From Balanoglossus misakiensis (lineage: Eukaryota; Animalia; Hemichordata), in assembly GCA_040954595.2 (NCBI GenBank), contig CM082594.2, positions 11,040,276 through 11,104,275 on the forward strand: a stretch of DNA of 64,000 nt. The letters are read 5' to 3'. Within the stretch, counting starts at the first letter, position 1. Every line of letters starts with the position of its first letter. The notes beneath the pieces were generated by a model. It did not search any database and had not been told where the DNA came from. It saw only the letters and a program-made list of their open reading frames with translations. The translations under genes were made by a program, and so were the position numbers. Below, piece after piece: positions 10,618-25,000 of this stretch.

Positions 10618-13600
10618 GCAGACCCATAGCGCATTTCAAAGAGTCTACCCATCTGTCTGCTCTTAGCATCGTCCCATTCTTTTCAAACTCCTAGCCTTGT
10701 TCTCTGTTTTGAGTACCACCAAGGCTTAGCCATCAGGACTGAGGACATTAGCTGGTTTCGGTTTTGACAGATGTGCTTGTTTTTATAAACATAATGCTAA
10801 ACAGACGGATGAAATGGATAGGCGACGTTAACGAGCACCAATCTTTCCAGGTAACAATATAATCAATGGAACATATTATTCAAAATGATTGATGGAACTT
10901 CATTCACAGTGACCGGAAGTTCTTTACAAAGTAGAAAATTTCAAAAGCAAGAATATTTGTGCCAATTTAAAAACAAATTAAAACACTGAAGAAAAGCACT
11001 ACACGTCATTCAAAAGAATTTGTCTTTGAGAGACGGAGGCAGACAGCAGTGTTGTATGTTCAAAGTTAATCAAAGCAATATTCTAGCGCTGCTCTCCAGC
11101 CTTGAGTTGGAAATAAAGTACTTTGTGTCGTGAAGTGTTGAGTATTGATGAGCGACGGATGGTATGTGAATTGACTTTCTACTGGCTGTGTTTAGGAAGG
11201 TAATTGACTTCAATAGGCGTTAAAACCAACAATATGGTGCCATAAAAAAGCCTTAAATTTACCTGTGAAGTAGAATGCGCCCTGCTCCCGTCACCAAATG
11301 CTTGTGAGTAGCACAGCCAGAGGCATAAGTGAGGTAGGGGGTCGTTACTAGCAACGCAGGTATACAGTTGGAAGTTTTATTGCAATGGGACTTTGTGACT
11401 TACCTCCTGAATCCGACGTCGAGCTTACACGTGGATTAGAGGATACCTGTCATCGTCGCTCATGGCCGAGTGCGACTTGTCTGTTCGGCTCACGCCACTT
11501 GACTGCCGTTGCCGAGAATCAAAATCACAAAACCCTTCCGCAATATTCAAAATACCCAGGTGTACCTCTACTGCTAATGCTATGTTATTGACTAACACCC
11601 TTTTTGTTCATCCACCACTGATATTTAAATTCTGTGCATTCGTAGTAGGCCTACCTTCGTTACATATGCACACTCAGTCACATGAGTCAAAGCGAAGACA
11701 GATTCGTCAGTAACCTGTACTGTTGTAATCACGTATGAACATATCTGGCATTCTCACTGAATTAGTAAACTTGTATCTTTTCACACAACAAAAATACTTG
11801 TTTGATGTATTTATACTGTGTTGGGAATCGGGATGATCTCGCCTTTGCTTTTAATTACTTCTAGATGAACATGTTGACTGATTGCGCTCAACTATGACTC
11901 TACAGTTGTATACCTCTACTAACTATAGGCTACCATATAGTTTTATTTATTGAAAACTTGTACACGTGTACAAAGTCTGCGGTGAATCATTCAGTGGTTG
12001 CGATATCTGCGTTGGTGTTGTTTGCACACTTTGCTGGCACCGATCGTGGGAAAGAATAAATAATTGATTAGCGCGAAGTGTTTTCCTGTAACCCGCCACG
12101 GCTTTGGGTTATTTTTGAAGAAGCCACGAGCACCCCCTACTCACAACCCGATGAAATTTAATGTAACCCCGCAGTTTGGGGTGACTTGGCTGTAGAAATA
12201 TTGGGCTGTGCGGTGTATTCGTGGGGGTCTTCTCTCGGCCAAACATTCGACGTCGTCAGTGGCACGGGGGAATTGGACAAGAACCGGTACATCTCAAACG
12301 TTATCCCCTGGTCATTCACCTGGCAAAAACATTGAATTTCTTTCGTTAAGTAATGTTACGTATGGGATTGTAAAGGAATATTTCAAAGTAGGCCATCTCC
12401 TTTGACAGATACGGCGTTACCATAATTGACTTATATGCAGTAAGCTGTCAACTGATCGAACCCCTGAAGCTGAATTGTATATACCAAATGATTTGTTCTT
12501 CATCTTATTCGAGTTACAAAGTGGTGGCAGAGATAATACTTCTTAATAAAGTTGCCGCAACACATTTTAGACTTGAATGCATCTTTGTATGTGCTTGAAA
12601 ATGGGATATTGTTTGCTTTAAGCGAGATCTCCCCCAAAGCGGGTTTTAATATTTTTCCACATAAATTATTGTCGGTATCTCCCGTTCCCTTATATGCCTG
12701 CTTGTATTAAAGTGCGCAGAATTTCTCAGTGGATATTTATTTGAGAATTCTTCGGTTTAAAGGGAACGTGAGGTATCTACATGAGAAGTGTGATTGATGT
12801 ACAAACATCACATAAGGAGTTCAACTTGTCACTACATATAGGGTTGACACTGACGCATTGCGCCCATAAAGGAACGACCACACCGATGCCACACTATTGC
12901 GTGCAGTGGAGGGGGGGGGGGGGTCACCATGGCCGAGTCATCCAGAGTTCATCCCAATGCACCCACGCGCCAAATTCGTGCACACGGACAGACATGTGAC
13001 AGTGTTTTATATACGGTACTAAGAGACCAGTGAGACCCATTTTATCCCCACAGCGGGTGACCAGGCAAATTGCCTATCTCTGACATGTAATATACCGAGT
13101 TGTATTTTCAAAGCATTGACATGGCCTATTCATAGCCACCAAACCACCAACTAGGCGATGACTTATGAATGCCAAACAACTTCCCACCTGTTGGAGTTTG
13201 AGACGTCAGTACAAAGCAAACCCTGGGAAATATTAAGTCACCTTGAATTCCAATGAACAATAATACAGTTTCATTAAAATGGATGAATAATGAAAATAGC
13301 TGTAAATTATGTAAAAAGAAGAAGAAGCGAAATGTCGGAAGTGATTCTCTCTGTGGGTTGCTATGACGCACATAGCACCAAAAAATCTCAAATTGACGAC
13401 AGTAAAGTGAGAACCTTTAGCAGCTCTACGCCAACGGATATGCAATCGAATATTTATTCGCGTTACCGGACACTACTCTTTCGCTGCAGTGACTCAATCG
13501 TTTGGAGTCAAGAGCGGGCGTTGTTTAGAATACGTGGCACTAAAATCCTCGCTTTCTGTCATATTATTTATAAATATGGTTTGTCATTTGCCACAAGGAC

Positions 13601-16600
13601 ACGCTACACGTATGGCAATGACCATGGGTTTTACTTTAACTGTATCATGAGATTTTGTTCGCTATTTCTGCAGAGTCAGGTATATGTCACACGCCAGATG
13701 CTGTCGCATAAACACGAACATTGAAAACGTGACAGATCGTGAAATTAAACTATAAAAAGCTAGACAGACAGCCACTAAAAGACATAAAAAAATCTAGAAT
13801 TCGCGTATAATAGGACATCGGCCGTTTGGCAATTGGGTGACATTAACCCAGATACAATCATCGCAAATCTTTGCCAAAAAGTTCACGTATTCATAACGGC
13901 TGCCTATAGCATAACCTGCTTTGGCGACGCATACCACGAATAAACGGGCGAGGCACCCATTTAATATATCACTTGTTCAAATCGCATCATACAGCAACGA
14001 TCGGGCGTTGACAAGAGGTTCATGTATACCTATCAGTTAGCTTTTTAAGATGGATCAATTTAAGGTGGAAAGTCTGGTGACATTTATGTATCTGACAGAT
14101 GCATTCTCTCGAAATTGTTGGGTGTGATAGGCAGTCATGTTCTAGACAGCGGTAAGGGCGGAATCAGAATTGTTACTCAAAGAAATTTCGCACCCTCTCA
14201 AGATTTCACACGATTGGTGACGTTGATTGATAACCACCGCTCCCAGCCAGGCTAATTTGGAGGTTTATTTTTCAGGGCCTAACCTCTCCCGTAAACACGT
14301 ATCGGGGTACTGTTTTCTTGTTTACAAGAAGGCATTTGTGATTAATATGCTTATATACAGCGAGTGCACTGGTAATGACAGTGGGTGTCTAAAAGTTACC
14401 ATATCTGCGATATCCTACACCGAATCGGTTGTCAGAAGAATTAAATATCGCGATGTTTTATTGGAATCGTGCGACTATCAGCTTCGAGAACGTGGCGAGA
14501 ATTGATACGACCAACGGTGTTCTCAGCGCACGCCCATCTCCAGACGTGAAAACTTGCTGTTGTGACTATTGGAGATAAACAGGATTACTGAAGTCAACTT
14601 AACGTTTAAATGTTTAGTAAACGACGAGAGTAAATCTGCTCGCTGTTGAAAGAATGGAAGCATGAATAGGTTATACCTTGCCGTGGTATGGTATGGCGTT
14701 CACACTGTAGACGTAAATAGTCGCAACCGACAGAGTACAACCGAGACACATTTGTAAATACACAGCCACAGATGTAGGTTAGCTTACATCAGCAGGCAAA
14801 TGACCAACTGACATTTACAGCTATTCATCGAATTTTCACGAAATTGTCGGCAGTTTTGCAGATGACATGATGATTCCTAGATTTGAGGCTACTTGGAAAA
14901 CGTGTTCAAAAAGTAAGCTCGAAGTCGATCGCTGCGATCGACTTCACTAACAAGATGAATGAATCTGAAATCATTAAAGCCCCAGTAACGCCTTCTTTGG
15001 GTTTCTTTCTGTGTTTTTCTCTGATTCTTTATTCAGCCGATACACTTTTTTTCCGACGATGCAAAACCGAGGCCTCGAGGGTCTCTGCCACGAGCACAAT
15101 GTGCGGCGTGGAGCAGACATATCGACAGAGCAACTGATCCTAATTCGATGAGTGAAGACTCACAGAAGAATGTGTACTGTTTAGAGAAGACTTGACCAAT
15201 CGCGAAATATTGAAGTTATTTTGGGATGCCTCAGACATCCTCTCTAGTTCGGACTTCTAAATCGGACTTCATCGTGATGATTTTCGTAAACGTGTTTAAT
15301 GATCGAGCCATTAAGTCCATTAATACATGTACTCAACGCAACAAAGTATGTTGCTGGTTGTATAGACAGAGAGCCCTGTCGTTTCAATGATGACGTCTCA
15401 TGCAGACAGTCACAGTGAGTGGTAGCTAAGTCAATTTAGCTCCTGTATAGTAGGTGTGGCATTGTGGGTCTCCACCTGTTCGTTGTGTTGTGTGTTTTCA
15501 AAAGTACTGATGAGAAGGTTGAAGACGAGAGTTATCAGAGTTGAGAGACCCGAAAGAGGTTCTTCAGACAAATAACGGATTTTTGAACTTCCGTTGATGA
15601 ATTCAACAATTTAGGGCGAACGTTTACCTCGGAGATGAGTCACTTGAACCCTCTCTCATAAACGTGGTTTTAAGGGCTAATTTTGTCATGTAACAGGCCG
15701 TGGGAATAACGAATAAAATCCGAAAGAAGGGACCACGAACACTTAACACAGATATTGACGAGAGAGACTTGAACTTTAATGGCTTTGACCCGACCGCTTC
15801 AAGAGGCCCTTGTTTCGATCAAAGGGCATGTCTGCTGTAATTTGAGGCATCAATTTATCTCCACTTTTGCGAGGCTTCGTCGAACAAACTACGCACATCT
15901 CTATCGCACAGAGGCAACGTCGATCACTGTGGCTGGCCTGTGCATAAGGTAGCAAATACTCTCCGATATGCATAGTTTTACTGTTTCCATACCGCAGGAT
16001 CTATAATATTAAAGGGGAGGGGGCACTTTCCTTTTTATTAAAAGGGCTGAAAACAGCGAGCCAAAAACGTGTCAAAACCAGGTCGCACTTTGAACTTGTT
16101 GCATCCTGTTTGAGATGATGACAGACACTGTTGGTGAATTTTAAGACAACGTGGATGTGGAACAGCCCGACCTGCCGTTTCATTGGAGAATACAACACGC
16201 ACCATATGCATTACCATCGTCGATAAACCAAACTAACGCTTCAGCAGTGACAGCCGGCGATGTCCCGACTAACCTTGACCCAGTGGCGTCAAACCCGGAC
16301 GAAATATTTGAGATTTACGTTAGACTGGACAATCATTTTCCGTGGAAGCGTTCAATGTTGTCAATAAGTGTTCGCTTTTTTTTTTTTACGGAGTACTGAC
16401 CTCACTATCAGGGAATTGTGAGAGCAAGTCCCGATGATGAGTCCTTGAGCATAACATTTTCCTTCTCACTGCTTCCCCCTTTCCAGGAGTGATTGGAAGT
16501 CTTAAAAGGGTTTATAAGGTGATTAAATCTGTCCCTAAAAATCGTACAAAAGTGATGTGTACACCGTCCATGTCGCGGGGACAAATTTCATCATTTCTCC

Positions 16601-18980
16601 ATCCTTCAATCCGCATCGCTTACCAAGTTCACGGCCAGCAAGTCAGTGACATTCAAACTCCTGAAGTTGACCTCAAATGACCGTTACTCAGTTCATGACC
16701 ATGGCAGGTGCAAAGAGAATTCGTTTAACAGTTACGAGAGCTGATACACTGGCGAATTACCCCCCCCCCCCCCTTCTGGGCAAAAGTTTTCTTGCGGAAG
16801 ATCTTCAACATTGTCCATTATTTCTTTCTTATTTCTGTTTCTCCGATACAGAGAATAGAAAATTAAGATGTATGAATATTGTCCAATTGGAGTAATCAGC
16901 ATCGTCGATCTGTGAGGGAGAGTTGGCAAACTGATAGCCCCACAAAAAACTCAGTAGTTCTTTGAGATGTCAATCACCAGTAGCAATTGGAGAAAGGAAA
17001 GACGAGCAGGCGAATGTAAATCATGGATATTCGGTCACTGATATCATCTGAGCTTTTGGTAATGGTTACATTACGGCAATCAATAATTCCTTGTTGGGGG
17101 CAAAGGAATGCTCACGTTTATTCGAAGTGTCCGCGCAATCAGTGAACCGTGGCATCAATATTGGATCCCGTCGGACACTTCAGATGCTTGGCCGGACTTT
17201 TATAGAAAGCGAATCACTTAATAAGATACCCAACGTTTCATGAGAATTGGCAGGAGACACTGATTTATGTCTTCGTTAATAACGCGAGGAATAGGAGTCG
17301 GGGTTGAAGGCGGGGGTCAATTTAACCCTTATTTAGCAGTGTCACGTTATTAGGATACGTTGCAGCTTTCCGTTTTTGGTCAACGTTCGTTTTATCCCAC
17401 TATAGCCAATTCTTCACAATATCAGCGTCTGAGCCACCTGAGAGTAGACGATGACGTTTTCCTCAAACGTAGAAATTCTGTCTTTTATCCAAAGTACTGT
17501 CGTTGGGAATATTGTGCGGTTTTTCATCGCTTTGTTTTCACAGCTGTTGTTTCGGACTGACAGAGAGACAGCTAGACAGACAGACAAATACAGTTAAGGT
17601 AGACTTTTCTGGTCTGACAGTCAAACAGCATACACAAATCGCCGCAGAGGGCACCGTTTTGAAAACTTGGATCTGAAAAGCGTCAAAGCTCAGAAGAGCG
17701 AATCTATGATGGGGGTTCTGGTGAGAAAGTGATGGTCTACGTCTTCTGTGTGTGAAGGAGCAGAAAACTAACTTTCCGTAAGTTTCTTTATCCACCACCG
17801 AATTCATGTAGATGTCCCGCACGCAGTATTGTCGTTTCTTTTAGTGATGGCAATTTGCCTTTGGGTTTCTGAGAATAAAAGGAAAGCCAAGTTTTAGAAT
17901 TTTTTCAGGGCGTCAGATAAACTTGCAGGTCTGAAAAACAACTGAAAAGTGTGTTGTATTAATTGAGAAAGACCAAAGCTTCTGTCGAAATGTGAACGAA
18001 CGCGGTGGGTTTATGGACGTCGGGCGTTGTACAATATTATGCCTTTCAGAAATCCTCAGGCGATGGGAGTAGGGGGCCTTTCCGTAAATGTACCAGTTCT
18101 TTTCAAAATGTTGTGTGGAAATATATTTAGACTTGGCAATGCCTGGCCAGTCTCAACGCGGCACCCTCGCCTTGGGGTCACGCCCATTTTTCGAACTGGC
18201 GCGGTAAAAGTTATCTCCTGTCGGCTGAAAGTACTTTGTAAGTTCTTCGGCGATGGTGGTGAAGAGGCCCTGACCTTGGCAAGAATTCGAGTAAGGTCCA
18301 TCAAGATAGCGTGGAGAGTAGGTGACGAAAGTCAAGTTGTGTGGAAGACAATTTTAGGAGCTGGCACATCGGTGACGTAAACTGTACGTTGGTTGTTGAG
18401 AGTGCAAGTTCGGCACTAAAAAATATAAATCATACTGAAACAGAAAATTGGCCGAATAAGATGAAAACATAACGTCAAGTATTGCTGTTTTGAGAAACTT
18501 TTCACTTGGAAGAATTTATTAACGTAAAAATAAAGATTTATTTTATTGATTTTGTATGACATGACAACTATAATGTAAGAGTTGTCTGCACACTACACGG
18601 AAAAGGGACGAAAGTAGTTCATGCGAATCGCAGATATCTTCTTTCCATATAAATCATTCATGACGTCACGGAGTTCCGACCAATAACAGCACCTAGTTCC
18701 CGGAATAACACTGTGCTATTTACGTTAAGATGCCGAGTTTGTTCCAATCGAGGGTTCTCATCTCTCAAGCGCATCCGTGGCAACGTCTTCACGCCACGTA
18801 TATAGGTAGGCCCACTCGGGAAACCGACGAATTTGGTGCAGGTCCCTACAATAGTCAACGCGCTAGCCTACAGCTCAGCGGAGACTGAGAAGGGACAATT
18901 TGCACCACGGGGATTGCCAACTCTTCGTCGGAGATCACTTCTCTCAATCCCGCCAACCGTGTGTGTGTGCCGTGACGGTG

Positions 18981-21867
18981 ATGCTGTCTACGAAGATGAA
19001 CTGGGCGCACGTCTTGGTGTTGGCCAGCATCTCGTTTTCAGTGGTGGAGTCCAAACCCAGATATTTTGTTAGCGATGATGGAGAGCCCGAATCTCATCGG
19101 TAAGCAACAATTTATTTTTTGCACTTTTTCTGAAGATTCCTGTCAACTCAGATAACTTAACTTCATATTCAAGACAAAACTAACACCTTGCTAATATTAT
19201 ATCGCTGGAGTTGCGGGTTTCTGTAACCTCACGTCTTAGGTCATGTCCTTAGATGGGCGCGTTCCCTTCTCTATCGTCTAGCACTTGTGGATTGACAACT
19301 AACATACGGCGCAGAGATTCTAGGTATGACTTTACGTAACCCCAAGAAATAGTGTCCACCCAGAAAAAAATCACCAAACAAAACACAAAATTGTGCAATA
19401 AGTTTTAGTATATTTTTGACAGAACTTAGGTTTTTTCGTGGGCCCTGGTTAGTCTATCGCAATTTGTTCTTCTAGTTAGATAGTCGTGTGCATGTGTACG
19501 TGTTTGAAAAGACCTGGTGGTATAATGAGATGTATTAGATTACGTAGAGAGACATCGCGACCATCCAGGTCATGACCAAGTCCATCATGGCCAGTCGGGT
19601 TATGGTCACTATAAAACCCTTGCACACATACGACGCTCCAATAAAACTTGCGGGGGAGATTTTTGTCTGTTTTATCGCTGTGGAAGTTAATGCACTATTG
19701 TGAAGATAATGTTACTCGTGTGCCATGGAATTAGCGACAAATAAGTTTAAAAAAATGTTTGGTCGCATGTTGGGTTATCGATAACAATTGTACGCAGATG
19801 CCGTCATGAAATGAGTTTAAACTGTAATCCTTTGGTTGAAAGTAGCAGTTTGCATACTGTATTGATGAAGAGGATTTATATATGTTCTTTTAACTGCGCG
19901 TACGTAGCATCTGTGTGAAGGTTGACTCGAATTAAACTTTACTAGTGGGAAATTACGCGGCCTTATGTCACATTACGGGTGTTGATGGGGACATCATTGC
20001 AAACACGATGAACTGAGTTCACAAATGTTACTTAAACAACTTCACTCTGTTTTCCGCCAACCTCTCGAGGCCCAGGATCGCCCTAAAATACCCGTTTCTA
20101 TCTGCCTTTCGACTCTGGCCGATTCATGTTCACAGCTATGCGATGACCGGGGGTGGGGGCGGGAGGGCGGTCATTCCGCGGGCGAAATCTACGGCCACTT
20201 TGCCAGATGGGTTTCAGATTCCCGGTTTGAACGTCACCGTGCCTGGCACGGTTCACCGGAGCGCACTGTCGGCATTGGCTTTCCCCCGTCATCTTTATCT
20301 TCATCAAGTTGATTTACAAGAAAGAGACTGTTCTCTCTCCTCCGGTCGGAATGAGTGATGCTATAGACAACCACAGTTCAGGCGCTACTGCAACCTGGAA
20401 ACTATCATCTGTAGTTTAATGCTCCTAAACAGCCTGCGAAGAACTGGGTCACAAGAATTGACGACAGCTTTTTAACCAGACCTCCTTACGTATTTCATAT
20501 GAGAAACTACTTCCATCCATAGGCCTATACCCATCCCACACATCTTGGGAATTTGACCTCTTCCGTGTTCTATGTAATGACAGTAATGAAAGTAACATGA
20601 TGGTTGTTGGCCCAATTCACTTGAACGTTCTTATCGAGAGATAACTTATCGTCATTGCGCGACGGACTGCTGGTTTCTAAATATACCCCCATTCTCGAGT
20701 AACGATTACGAGGAGGATGGGGACGCCTATCGGCTGCATCCGATGACGTCACACGTTTGAGGGGGTCCCCTAATCCTCTTGCCTATTTCACCAACAACAT
20801 AGCAGACATCATTTGGTTTGTTCCTCTAGTTTTTTTCACGTTTCCTGCGTTTTTAAGGCAAGTACTTTTACGTCTTAGGTTATCAGCCCTTCGTTAACGT
20901 TTAGGGCACTCATTTACTGACTTTTGGCAATCTTTGTGATGGTCTAACGGTAAAATTTGGGGGGAATTTTATCATGGCTAGGCTGAGAAGTTGATACATT
21001 TTGGCGCTGAGGCAGCGCACGTGTATTACATCAAATCTTCTTTCTGAGTTGTTATTTCTTGTAGGAATATTAATTATTACATACTACATGGTGTCTGAGG
21101 TCGTACGGGTGATAACGTTCACGTTTGGATGTACAGGTTGGCTTTGGTTTCTTTCCCGGCGGGGTTATTTCAGTGTTCTCTGTTTTTTCGTCGCTTCTGC
21201 ATATTGTGTGTAAATTGCTACTTTTTAAGCGTTTTTACAGTTGACCCATTGGGTTTGCCTTTTTGAGTGCGGCATGTTTAGGTCAATATCTGTTCCGATA
21301 ACCATTTTAATAATCATTTATGTGCTTTTTTATGTTATATTTTTGGGACAATTTTTGGCAGTCCTTGTGCAGGGCGTGTCCCAGGAGACGTGTCCATGTC
21401 ATTGCAGCGCAATGTACATCATTCTTTCACTAAGACATGGACATTCCCCAGTGATATTACTGCATCTGGTAGGCTGTTTGGCGGAAATAGTTGGCTATTT
21501 GATTTACCTGTCTTCATTTGTTCACGCAGTTGTGGTTATAGTTTCCTGTGCCATTTATTCGACTTGCATATCACGGTTTATTGTGTTAGGCTATTGTTCT
21601 CTAGTGACACAGGTTAAGTTCTTGTTTACACTGGTTTGTTTGCTTTGTGCACAATGAGTTAGAGCGTCAGTTTTGATTGACCTCTTCTCATTCATGTTTT
21701 TGGGAGTGGTTTATCCTGCTGGAATATAAAAGTAGATTTGTGCCTAAAAGTGACACTTTTGGACAAAAATGACCATGATGATGATGATGGTGGTGATGAT
21801 GATGGTGATGATGATGATGATGATGATGATGATGGTGGTGATGATGATGGTGGTGGTGGTGATGATG

Positions 21868-21921
<54 letters not shown>

Positions 21922-21943
21922 GTGATGGTGATGGTGGTGGTGG

Positions 21944-21986
<43 letters not shown>

Positions 21987-22063
21987 TACGTATGTTCCTT
22001 TTCACAGAATAAGGAGAGCATTTCTATCTCGGAGGAGGCGGGAAGTCGGCATCGGGAATCAAC
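18981..22063 (+). CDS. Mucin exons 1-2: signal peptide and short polybasic propeptide
   Basis: [58 protein letters not shown]; donors GTAAG at 19100 and 22064. Confidence 0.78.
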
Positions 22064-25000
22064 GTAAGTGTCTTTGTGTTATACGACGTGAATCGTTCTT
22101 CACTATCACTTAATATATTTCTGGCTTTAAGTTCAGATAAATATTTGACTAACCCGTAGACAGTATGTACTGTTGTAGCTCAGGGTTGCATTTAAGAAGA
22201 ATTAATAAATATAGTTGACGTGCTGTATTTCTTCGAATACTTTGGTCGCCAAAATAAACGATTCATTGTTTGTGAGTCGTGTTAGATTTTTTTGTCCTCC
22301 AAAGTATGGCCAGACAAGGTTCATTAGGCCATCTGGCAATGATGAGCTATCTTCAGACGAAATATGTTGACATTAGGGATGAAAAATAATTTGATACGTT
22401 AAACAGCGCACAAAGCCAGTGTCTCTCATCATTGCATCATTGGGTCTGAGTTTTTGCCCTTGAAGAATACTCCTGTATCCTTCTGAAAATTAGGGTTTAC
22501 ACGACTCAACCCTCTTACCGGCCAGAGGCGCGTGACAGACCAATTCTCTCACATGCAGGAAAAATGCTTCATCACAGAGAAAAAGTGCAAAGGCCACGTT
22601 CATCTCTTCACTCTGAGAATGTCGGTCGCCACGTCCGGGATTTATTTGAAACACTTGACAGTGGCCGAAGATTCATGCGCGATCAGCTGCTTCCCCGGGT
22701 ACGCCGTGTCACAACAACATCCCGAGCACTCACAACTGTTCAGCACCAACCATGAATCAATCGCCAGGCTCTGAGTTCAACATCGTTCGGCCCACGCACA
22801 AGGCTTTCCACATTCAGCGATTTATCACGTGTTTGACTTCAGATGAAAATCTAATACCACAGCCAGTCATCGGCGTTTCCCCCGCCCCCTTCCCACGACA
22901 CAAGAGCAAATTTGAGATGTCTCTGCACACACTCTTCTGTCTTCAACCCCAGAATATCTCCATCAGTGTCAACCTGTTTTCAGGCAACACCCAACTTTGC
23001 TTGAAATAAAAACATTGACAGGCGCGCACAGTTTCCAAGACATAAACATGTGGACATCTACGGAGTAGACCAAGTGATGACGTCACTAGGACAACGACAC
23101 CTAACAGCTACTTTGTGTTCGACTCACTACTATTCTGCGTTGCCAGAATTATCAATGGTCTGCAAGACTTTATAGATGACCGTCTGACCGACCCTGTCAA
23201 CTTACACTGTACATAACTTTGGCTGTACTCTCGGCATGTCAGAAGAAATTCAACAACAAGTTGCAGACGACACTTGTTAATAATTCAAGACGCTCGCTAA
23301 CTAGTGTCAACGGCCTGTCGGGAAGTTCGCTGGAAGCCGCTGTTAAACTAATGTTTTGTTAAGAAGTTCGTGCTGGTCACGTAAATCTAAATTGTACCGT
23401 TACAAGTATACGTCAAGTTTTTTGACAGTCTTCCATATTAACCGCACCTCATGACACGTGTGTTTAATATCGTATTTCATCTTTTTCTCTGCCAACAGAG
23501 ACAGCTTCTCATTGTCCTTTGCTCCAAGCGCCGAACTTTGGTGACGTGTCGTGTACAGTATCAGAGAGCCTTGGACAAACGTAAGAATCATTCTAATTCG
23601 ATTCTCTGTTGTTTTTTCTCGCGAATTATGTAATTTTCTGATGTCGTTGGCTACCTGCCAATTACTAAATAAACGACATGTTGTTTCTAACTATATTCAC
23701 TTGGAGCGACACCACATTTTCTCACTGTAAGATTTTTTTCCATTTTCAGAAACTGCTCCGCATACTGTTCTCAAAGCTACGCACTGCCAAGTGGATATGG
23801 TGATATTGTGTATACATGTAAGCATGAAGATCGGACGTGGGTTCCAGCATCACAAATCCCTCCATGTTCAGGTATGTCCTTTTCCCTTGCGTTTTACACA
23901 TTCACATATTAAAGACCATACGCAGTAGCAACGATGGCCATGTGTCTTTGGGAAACGATACACATGGCTTCCATTACTGAACTCAAAGTGTGGTGACTGC
24001 GCATGCTTCCTCGACTAGTTTGCATCTCGTATCTAATTGTGTATGGGCGTTGTCTTCTGCAGTGAAATTGTTCTTCAGAACACGATATATTTTTGCTATT
24101 TATGGACATATTGGAGGTGACCGTGTACCTTTAAAGCGACATTCCCATTTCTTGTTTTTACAGAGTGTTCCGAACCGCTTTTAGAGTCTTACGTCAGTGA
24201 CGATAGTCAAATTTTTGCTTCAAGTTCTAAACTAGCTTTCCCGCCCGCGAAGGGCAGGCTACACTCCTTTGGGGGATGGAGCGCCAATGCCAACAACCCT
24301 GGCGAGTACTGGGCCGTCGATTTTGGTGACGTCAGATTTGTGACGGGGGTCATCACGCAAGGTCGCAGTGACACTGAGGAATGGGTTGAAACTTTCCATT
24401 TATATTTCTCTCGGGAATACCCGGATGGAGAATATGAAATCTATATGACGGAAGACGGTAGTATAAAGGTATTGTTTCTTTTGCTTTCATTTTGTCACGA
24501 CCGCTGTTAATGAAACTGTGTGTGTTCACCAATGCTGTCAATACAACAACCATTGATACTTCATTAATATTTTTTTTAATTTACATGGTTTATATGATAT
24601 ACGACTAACTACGTTTCTCCACTCCACTCGCAGGTTTTCCAAGGGAATATGAATCATTACGGAGAATCAGAAAGTTTCCTCATAGCTCCAGTTGAAGCCC
24701 GCTCGGCGAAGATAGAACCCATGTCATGGCACGTACAGATCAGCATGAGGGTGGAGTTCCTGGGATGTCCAGTGGGTGAGTGAATCCCCTGAATATCAGG
24801 GTTAGGGTAGGGGGAGGGCAATGACTTGTTAGAAGTTTGTTATGTACAGTGTAATTAAAGAGTATTGCATGAAAGTTTAAGTTTAAGTCGTACGAACAGA
24901 ATGTCAGCTTTCTGCGCTGATTGTTCCACAAAATTCTACTCTGCTGAAACCTTACAATTTTTTTTTTCTTTTCTCTGTCACAGGCGTGGCGGACTTCTGT

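Noticed and set aside
11250-16900. Other splice-site-bounded short ORFs in the intergenic region (about 11400-11520, 12150-12320, 16400-16850)
   Set aside because: Could not be joined into a coherent frame, and motif hints were too weak to call without a search.
21001-21657. Hydrophobic ORFs resembling membrane proteins
   Set aside because: T-rich intronic sequence with no recognisable motif or exon structure; possibly an old repeat.
21688-22113. Poly-His, poly-Asp and poly-Met ORFs
   Set aside because: Translations of an intronic (GAT/GGT)n microsatellite; only 22008-22063 is exon.
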